Source: Macrostomum lignano (Eukaryota). Taken from it: a stretch of 57,005 nt of DNA. The stretch covers positions 1 through 57,005 of the forward strand of contig NIVC01000602.1 of the NCBI GenBank assembly GCA_002269645.1, read 5' to 3'. The notes below the pieces were generated by a model. The model was not told the DNA's origin, did no database searches, and saw only the letters and a program-made list of their open reading frames with translations. Both the position numbers and the translations under genes were made by a program. Positions 47,037-57,005 of the stretch are shown here, piece by piece; position 1 is the stretch's first letter; each line of letters begins with the position of its first letter.

Positions 47037-47617
47037 ATTCATCAATTGCAAATTCCTCTGTCGTTTCCCCAGCCCGAGACCCCCCTCCCGCAGCCAGTTA
47101 TACAAAGTTTGTTTTCTTCTCCCAGCTTCCCAATCGGCGGAATTGGCGCGGATGAGGCGGAGCGGGGGGGCGGGGACGCGGAAGTGCCGTGGAGTGTAAA
47201 AATCCAATTTGGTGGCCGAGCAGCCCAGGCACGCGTAATTGAATCCGTGACACCTGATTTGCATAGCAATGGGGCCCGCGCAGATTCCCGGCCTGTTTAC
47301 AGGCAGTGTTAAACACTTCCATTATCCCTTCTCTTCCGTCTCGCTTGCCCTTCCCCCCCCCCTATCGCACTCCCCTCCTCAATCACTTGCAACTCGCCAA
47401 TCCATTTTATTAATCTCGTCAGACCGACTCAGACTTGCCACTTTCTCTCTCTCTCTCTCTCTCTCTCCTTCCTTTCACTCTGCCGAGCTCTCAGATCCCA
47501 AAGTCTTGCCCGCTTGCCTACTCAGCTCCGGCCCGGAGGGCCTCGGGCTGCTGAAACCCCCACTGAGCTCCCTTCAAATCGACATCTGATTAAAACTGGC
47601 CATGCAGCGACTGCCAC

Positions 47618-48560
47618 CCTGTCTACTCTGCCTGTCTACACTGCCTGTCTACTCTGCCTGTCTACTCTGCCTGTCTACTCTGCCTGTCTACTCTCCTTGC
47701 CTATTCTGCCTGTCTACTCTCCTTGCCTATTCTGCCTGTCTACTCTGCCTGTCTACTCTGCCTGTCTACTCTGCCTGTCTACTCTGCCTGTCTACTCTCC
47801 TTGCCTATTCTGCCTGTCTACTCTGCCTGTCTACTCTCCTTGCCTATTCTGCCTGTCTACTCTGCCTGTCTACTCTCCCTGTCTACTTTTCCTGTCTACT
47901 CTCCTTGTCTACTCTCCTTGTCTACTCTCCTTGTCTACTCTCCTTGTCTACTCTCCTTGTCTACTCTGCCTGTCTACTCTGCCTGTCTACTCTGCCTGTC
48001 TATTCTGCCTGTGTATTCTGCATGTGTCTACTCTCCCTGTCTACTTCCCTTGTCTACTCTCCTTGTCTACTCTCCTTGTCTACTCTCCTTTTCTACTCTC
48101 CTTGTCTACTCTCCTTGTCTACTCTCCTTGTCTACTCTCCTTGTCTACTCTCCTTGTCTACTCTCCTTGTCTACTCTGCCTGTCTACTCTGCCTGTCTAC
48201 TCTGCCTCTCTATTCTGCCTGTGTATTCTGCATGTGTCTACTCTCCCTGTCTACTTCCCTTGTCTACCCTCCTTGTCTACTCTCCTTGTCTACTCTCCTT
48301 GTCTACTCTCCTTGTCTACTCTGCCTGTCTACTCTGCCTGTCTACTCTGCCTGTCTATTCTGCCTTTGTATTCTGCATGTGTCTACTCTCCCTGTCTACT
48401 TCCCTTGTCTACTCTCCTTGTCTACCCTCCTTGTCTACTCTGCCTGTCTACTCTGCCTGTCTACTCTACCTGTCTACTCTACCTGTCTACTCTGCATGTC
48501 TGTTCCGCCTGTCTACTCTGCCTGTCTACTCTCCCTGTCTCTTATGCTTGTCTAATCTAC
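47618..48560. repeat. 13-bp satellite (~70 copies)
   Basis: Units tgtctactctgcc / tgtctactctcct. Confidence 0.95.
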
Positions 48561-48767
48561 CTGTCTACTTTACCTGCATCCTCTCCCTGCAGCGGCCTCT
48601 CCATCCCTCCATCTCCTTCTTGTTCAAGTTGTTCGAGCCCGAGCCCCCTGTAGTCCAGAGCCCATTCTCGCAGCTCATCATTGATGACAATTGAAAAGTT
48701 CAGAAGAATGACAGCCAGATGGGCAAAGCATCGAGTTTTAATCAGTAATGCTGCTACTCTAAGCAAT

Positions 48768-48773
48768 TTTATT
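48768..48773 (-). terminator. Candidate polyadenylation signal AATAAA for the Iroquois gene
   Basis: AATAAA on the minus strand ~720 nt after the stop; position-based inference only. Confidence 0.3.
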
Positions 48774-49075
48774 GAATTTTTTCAATCCTTTTTGTCAATA
48801 AGGACTAATAAAAATCATACATAAGTGATTCAAAAGAGATCATTTGCTCAAACAACAATATAAAAAAGATTACGGTATGCAGTCTAAAGGAGTGGAATTA
48901 CAGCAGGGCAGTTGACAAGCAGTGAGTTGTAAATGTTTGTAAGCAGTGTACATGCCTACCGACTCAACAGGTGCAGGCTTCATGGCACTGAGACTTCCTT
49001 TGTATCGCTTCATCTCAATCGAATATTCCAGCTTCATCAGTACTCGCGCCTGAAATATATTGAATTAAGGATTGA

Positions 49076-49373
49076 GTTCTCAATGACTCCAAACTGATTC
49101 TCAATGACTCCAAACTGATTCTCAATGACTCCAAACTGATTCTCAATGACTCCAAACTGATTCTCAATGACTCCAAACTGATTCTCAATGACTCCAAACT
49201 GATTCTCAATGACTCCAAACTGATTCTCAATGACTCCAAACTGATTCTCAATGACTCCAAACTGATTCTCAATGACTCCAAACTGATTCTCAATGACTCC
49301 AAACTGATTCTCAATGACTCCAAACTGATTCTCAATGACTCCAAACTGATTCTCAATGACTCCAAACTGATTC
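49076..49373. repeat. 21-bp essentially perfect tandem repeat (~14 copies)
   Basis: Unit ctcaatgactccaaactgatt; I saw no variant units. Confidence 0.97.
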
Positions 49374-49491
49374 TTTTGGCTCCGCCTTGTAAATGTGATG
49401 CCTGTAGGAAAGTGACCCCGCGTTGTTGGGTCAAAGCCTGCAGCCTCTCTGGTTCCCCTATCAGATCTGCTTCCCAGCGTCCCACCGCACC

Positions 49492-51453
<1,962 letters not shown>

Positions 51454-51525
51454 TGTGCTCTGTCAATGTGAACTGTCGTAGAATTTGGTGCTCGAAGTTG
51501 AGCTGAGTCTGCCGCTGCTCCCGCC

Positions 51526-51640
51526 TATTTATGCGGCCCCCGCTCGTCCGCCCAGACTCGCGGAACATTTGATGTCGGTGGTTGGGGGCGCAGAACACGA
51601 TGAGGAGCCTCCGCCAGCCTCCTCCCTCTCCCCAATTGGC
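51526..51640 (-). promoter_or_regulatory. Candidate Iroquois core promoter (TATA-like + CCAAT)
   Basis: Minus-strand CATAAATA at 51526-51533, ~75 nt upstream of the ATG, in GC-rich context; palindromic CCAATTGG at 51632-51639. Confidence 0.35.
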
Positions 51641-51879
51641 TCGGGATGCAGCGATGCCCAGCAGCTCCAGCCAATGGAGAGGCCCGATCAGCCCCGGATC
51701 CCAGCCTGTCTGCCTGTCACTTGGCAACATCAAACCTTCATGACGCCCTTAGCTCGATTCCGTTTGTTGAAATGATGCGAATCATTTATATCTAGTTTAT
51801 GTAGTTCGACCTGGGCATTAGCAGCATTGAGGGGCTGAACCTTTTTACGAAATTATTACGAGGTCGTTACGTGCTTGTT

Positions 51880-52075
51880 GCGGGATTGTTACGGAATTTT
51901 TATGGGATTGTTACGGGATTGTTACGGGATTGTTACGGGATTGTTACGGGATTGTTACGGGATTGTTACGGGATTGTTACGGGATTGTTACGGGATTGTT
52001 ACGGGATTGTTACGGGATTGTTACGGGATTGATACGGGATTGTTACGGGATTGTTACGGGATTGATACGGGATTG
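51880..52075. repeat. 11-bp repeat array A
   Basis: Unit acgggattgtt, preceded by tacgtgcttgttgcgggattgttacggaatttttatggg. Confidence 0.95.
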
Positions 52076-52350
52076 TTTTTATTTTTTTATTAGAGGCAGG
52101 GGGGTTGTGTGCACCCTGGCGCACTTTAAGTGACATTGCCACACAACCGGCGAGAGGCATTACTGCCCATTCCGCCGACTCCCCTGAGCAGGCACACACT
52201 CACACAGGAGTGTACAGCGGCCCTAACTTTATATTATCGTTAGGCATGTACACTTCACTGCGCCTTGGGGGGGGGGGGGGTTGACTCTCAAGGCCGCTAA
52301 TTGCACGAGCAGAGCCAAGCCGAGATTCCAATGCAGCCCCAAATTAATGT

Positions 52351-52421
52351 GTCTGCACTTGGAATCGAGCCTGGGTCGCTGGCACACCAGAGCAGCTGCG
52401 CTACCGCTGGGCTACGGCCCC
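52351..52421 (-). pseudogene. Degenerate tRNA-like sequence (tRNA pseudogene or SINE head)
   Basis: Minus strand GGCCGTAGCCCAGCGGTAGCGCAGCTGCTCTGGTGTGCCAGCGACCCAGGCTCGATTCC has an A-box (TAGCCCAGCGG) and B-box (GGCTCGATTCC) at tRNA spacing. The acceptor stem does not pair. Confidence 0.45.
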
Positions 52422-52424
52422 CTT

Positions 52425-52652
52425 CTACGGGATTGTTACGGAATTTTTATGGGATTGTTACGTGCTTGTTGCGGGATTGTTACGGAATTTTTATGGGATT
52501 GTTACGGGATTGTTACGGGATTGTTACGTGCTTGTTGCGGGATTGTTACGGAATTTTTATGGGATTGTTACGGGATTGTTACGGAATTTTTATGGGATTG
52601 TTACGGGATTGTTACGGGATTGTTACGGGATTGTTACGGGATTGTTACGGGT
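52425..52652. repeat. 11-bp repeat array B (same family as A)
   Basis: Same unit and same composite leader, repeated. Confidence 0.95.
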
Positions 52653-54204
52653 TAATGAATCAATGTTGTTGATCTTGATGAAGTTTTTCACGCGCTTGCA
52701 CAGTCCCTCAAAGCACTTGAACGCCCGAAGTTCAGTGCCAGGTTTCCAGCCTGCCGGTAGCCAAGCCCCAGTTTGGTCTTTTTAAACACAATTAAGAATG
52801 TGGAGATGGAATGAAGAAAGAAGATCCCCCAAAGCAACAGGCATGCAGCGCGGGGCAAGGGGAGTCTGCTGCTCAGCAAAGCTTCAGCTCCAGGATGCGG
52901 ACTCCAGCAGTGTCTTCCTGTTCCCACAATGGACTCATTGGCTCAGCGGGGGTCCAGAACGGAACAGTGATTTTCCCATTTGTGGCCCATGCAGGCCAGG
53001 GTGGTCCCGTCTGACACACGCGCAGGTAGAGCAGTAATTCCCCAGAGGAATTAACCATAATACTTAACCAAAAAATCAGATTCAAGGCACTGGAATTCCA
53101 CTCAGAGGCCGCGGCTTCCTGCCCACACCGGCGTGCCTCGGCTGGAGATCAGCCAGGGAGCCCATTGTTGCTCAACTTGTGCGAGTGCTCATTTAATCAG
53201 ATGATTGTCCTCACGCGATATTTTCTGTTGTGCCCCCCTCCTCCCCCAAGGAGCTCATTCATTGCTCTGGCAGCCGGGCAACTTGCTTGAATGCGGGGCC
53301 ACTTCCTGCCATCCCGGACTGCACAGTCTGACAAAGCTCAACAGATAGCCATCAAATGCTCAGGCTGTGCCAGCGTCCTGCGGTGACAAAGGGGTCTGAC
53401 TCTGCTCTCTCCATCACCCAGAATCCGCTCCATCGCTTCCTGCCGATTGCAGGCAAAATGGATTGTTGCCCCCCCCTCTTGGTTGCTGCTGGCTTTGACT
53501 CTTTTGCTGAATAATTTCCTTTCTAGAAGAAGCAGAAGAAGAAGTTAGAGCGGAGCAGTTGATTCCGTTTACTTGGGGCCTCATCTGTTCCTTGAGCAGG
53601 GATTTATCTCGGGGAAATTCTTCCCTATACGTAGCTGCAGGACTCGAACTCGGCTCCCCCTGGGGACTCAGTGGCGATACATGATGAAGTTGTACGGCCA
53701 GCCTCCACAGGCCGCTCAATCGTTGGAAAAGCGAACCGCATGACTCGAAGGCTCTTGTCAGACACGCGGGGTCTCCTGGGGCCTCTGGAGGGGGGCTCCC
53801 TGCTCAGCATGGTCTCGCTCTGTTAAGCAGAGATTAGCGCAGATTTCGAGTTCGACCGGCAGGCTCGAGTCCCGCCCGGCTTTCCGCGGGGCTCAAATTA
53901 TTATAAATATTTTTTTCATTTATTTTTGCAAAGCCAACAAGCTCTGCTTTGCAGGGCGCTCAACACCGCTCTCCGGCTCGCTTCACCGATTGAGACCTGA
54001 GCAGCTTCCACAGGGACAGGGGCTGGGGAAGCCATGGCTCCTGCTTGGCTACTGGCATCAATTTTCTAGGAAATCTTGCCGTATCCCAGCTGAGGACATT
54101 TTTGTACGGAAAAATAGAAGAAAAAAAACTGATCGTGTTGGAGTTGTGCGTCTGATCGATTTCAAAGGCTGGAAGGCGTTTAAAAGTAAAAAATGGTCGC
54201 ACCA

Positions 54205-54515
54205 ATCTCTCCCTACCTCTCCCTACCTCTCCTTACCTCTCCCTACCTCTCCCTACCTCTCCCTACCTCTCCCTACCTCTCCCTACCTCTCCCTACCTCT
54301 CCCTACCTCTCCCTACCTCTCCCTACCTCTCCCTACCTCTCCCTACCTCTCCCTACCTCTCCCTACCTCTCCCTACCTCTCCCTACCTCTCCCTATCTCC
54401 CCTACCTCTCCCTACCTCTCCCTACCTCTCCTATCTCTCCCTATCTCTCCCTACCTCTCCCTACCTCTCCCTACCTCTCCCTACTTCTCCTTATCTCTCC
54501 TACCTATCTCTCTTC
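54205..54515. repeat. 10-bp pyrimidine-rich repeat (~30 copies)
   Basis: Unit ctctccctac. Confidence 0.95.
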
Positions 54516-54944
54516 ACATTCCTTACTCTTCTACCTGCACTCTCCTCTCATCCAGTTAGTCTTCCTTTTTCTGTAAATAAAAAGTCGGGAGCCAGCAGAA
54601 TGGTCAGCATTGCCTCAGCGCAGGTCAACCTGCGGTTCTAAGTACGCGTTAAACTTGTTGCAGTATCGTGAATATCACAGCAAAGCAGCGTGACACGCTA
54701 CTGCTCACAGTAGTGCAATGCGGGCCCGAATATTTCAAACTGCAGAAGTATATTTAACATCAGTCCAGAAATCGATAAAAATTGAATGTCGCCAGCAAGC
54801 AGCAAAATGAGCGAATTTCCTAGCAATGGAGGCATGATCTTTGGTTTTAACTTTTTTGTACTATTTTTGAACATCTGCATTTAAACGAATTCTAGAATAC
54901 TATTTTAATAACAGTTTAAATAGTAAATCATTCGAATTCTCGAG

Positions 54945-55850
54945 CATATTCATGAGATTGACAGGGACAATCATGAGATTTACATAGACAATCAGGAGAT
55001 TGACGGAGACAATCATGTGGGATTGACAGAGACAATCACAAGATTGACAGAGACAATCACAAGATTGACAGAGACAATCACAAGATTGACAGAGATAATC
55101 ACAAGATTGACAGAGATAATCACAAGATTGACAAAGATAATCACAAGATTGACAGAGATAATCACAAGATTGACAAAGATAATCACAAGATTGACAAAGA
55201 TAATCACAAGATTGACAGAGACAATCACAAGATTGACAGAGACAATCACAAGATTGACAGAGACAATCACAAGATTGACAGAGATAATCACAAGATTGAC
55301 AGAGATAATCACAAGATTGACAAAGATAATCACAAGATTGACAGAGATAATCACAAGATTGACAAAGATAATCACAAGATTGACAAAGATAATCACAAGA
55401 TTGACAGAGATAATCACAAGATTGACAGAGACAATCACAAGATTGACAGAGATAATCACAAGATTGACAGAGACAATCACAAGATTGACAGAGACAATCA
55501 CAAGATTGACAGAGATAATCACAAGATTGACAGAGATAATCACAAGATTGACAGAGACAATCACAAGATTGACAGAGACAATCACAAGATTGACAGAGAT
55601 GATCACAAGATTGACAAAGATAATCACAATATTGACAGAGATAATCACAAGATTGACAGAGATAATCACAAGATTAACAGTGACAATCACAAGATTGACA
55701 GAGATAATCACAACATTGACAGAGACAATCACAAGATTGACAGAGATAATCACAAGATTGACATGGATAATCACGAGATTGACAGGGATAATCACAAGAT
55801 TAACAGAGACAATCACAAGATTGACAGGGATAATCACAAGATTGACATGC
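54945..55850. repeat. 21-bp satellite (~42 copies)
   Basis: Unit gattgacagagacaatcacaa and variants. Confidence 0.97.
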
Positions 55851-56284
55851 TGAGAAATTGAGGTATTGCCAATCAGCACGACAAGGTGTCACGGACCCGT
55901 GGCAACAATATCCAAGTACACGGTGCACTCGCTCCCGTATTGGCAGTGGCGGACTAGGAACTCCGTACTTGGACCGGAAGCTGTGGCAGAAGCTCCAGTT
56001 GGTGGGCAGCCGAGCTCTACCAGTTCCTGCTCGTGCTGAGACTGAGCGGCAATTGCAGAGTAAGGTTTTATGTAAAAGTGCATAAAAACTAGAAAAGGAA
56101 AAAATGAAGTGGCTCACTCCACTCTCTCGGGTGGCGGCTGCCGTTTCTGTCACCGGGCTGTAGGCCAAAACGCGATGCTTCATCAGCTAAAAGTACGAAA
56201 AAAATCGGTTGTTTTCAAAGCCATCAATCAGTTTAGAAAGCGGAGAGATTGGCAGCCAGCGAAGATACCAAATTTTAGGCAGTT

Positions 56285-56796
56285 TCAAGCGCTAACCATT
56301 GCTGCCAGAAGCAGACCAACGCATATGGCAATGGTGGCCGATGCTGCCACCAGCACTGTCGGCATGGAGGTCTGAGCTTTGTTTGAGCTTCTGCAGTCCA
56401 GCTCTGCTGTGGCTGAGCGCACCCACTGGAGCCCGGCTCCCAGTGGCCGCTGCACCGCGCTGCACTCGAGCTTGGCTTCCTGCATCGATCCCGGTCTCTG
56501 CTCCTCATCAATGTTGAACTGCCACGAGCTGACAGAGCCGTTTTCGCTTGAGTTCTGCAAAAACCCAGCCAGTCGGGTCACTTCTGTCGCATCAACCGAC
56601 AATGTACCGGTAGAGAGACTCACCAGAGACAGAAGGGTCAGGTTGTGGGCTCCGAATCCACTTGTATCAAATGAAATTTTACACCAATGCTGAGGCTTCG
56701 GCTGAGAGTCGGATGATGTGAATTGTACAGTCACATTTGACAGGTCACTACAGCTGGCAGCGTGCAGCAGTGGGGTTGACACGACTGAGGGCGGAT
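56285..56796 (-). CDS. Terminal exon of a cell-surface protein (Ig-like beta domain with N-glycosylation sequons and a C-terminal hydrophobic GPI/TM segment); gene continues beyond the window
   Basis: Acceptor cccacag|AT CCG CCC (phase 1, xPPSVV, like an Ig-domain linker); Cys/Trp pattern SC..HWC..LEC..WV..LDC; sequons NVT, NLT, NSS, NGS; ends TVLVAASATIAICVGLLLAAMVSA*. Confidence 0.6.
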
Positions 56797-56803
56797 CTGT
56801 GGG

Positions 56804-57005
56804 TTAATCGGGCTGAGCCAGATCCAAGTTCGATGCTTTAATCGGGCTGAGCCAGATCCAAGTTCGATGCTTTAATCGGGCTGAGCCAGATCCAAGTTCG
56901 ATGCTTTAATCGGGCTGAGCCAGATCCAAGTTCAATGCTTTAATCGGGCTGAGCCAGATCCAAGTTCGATGCTTTAATCGGCTGAGCCAGATCCAAGTTC
57001 GATGC
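56804..57005. repeat. 34-bp minisatellite (intronic, runs off the window end)
   Basis: Unit taatcgggctgagccagatccaagttcgatgctt; period 34. Confidence 0.95.

Noticed and set aside
55013-55879. (VNLVIIS)n and (TITRLTE)n ORFs, 278-288 aa
   Set aside because: A 21-bp satellite open on both strands, with no unique coding flanks.

Overview
This is eukaryotic (animal) genomic DNA, not prokaryotic. It has GT-AG introns, GC3-rich exons with poly-Q/poly-A tracts, and about 30 unrelated tandem-repeat arrays. That style is reminiscent of the flatworm Macrostomum, which is inference only. Genes reconstructed by hand: (1) a small BEN-domain-like ORF at 74-498 (+) with a 1-nt frameshift; (2) a Slowpoke/KCNMA1 BK channel at 3797-~7300 (-) whose whole conserved body is one uninterrupted exon and which has no in-frame ATG upstream of its S0 helix; (3) a 6-exon NCAM/Fasciclin-II-like gene (5 Ig + 2 FN3 + GPI-type tail, 808 aa) at 11794-17322 (-); (4) a 7-exon PHF21/BHC80-like gene with a degenerate PHD finger at 27474-38571 (+); (5) a 3-exon Iroquois homeobox gene at 49492-51453 (-) with a 1-nt deletion in the homeobox; (6) the last exon of an Ig-like surface-protein gene at 56285-56796 (-). 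Nearly every intron is filled by its own private satellite. A ~5.5 kb CpG-depleted, TpA-rich island at ~17.4-23 kb looks hypermutated by cytosine deamination. A MITE-like element with a telomere-like core has one terminal repeat expanded into a satellite. Most long ORFs in the supplied track are repeat or antisense artefacts. All homology calls come from motif recognition by eye; no database searches were run. Repeat boundaries are approximate to about 10-20 bp.
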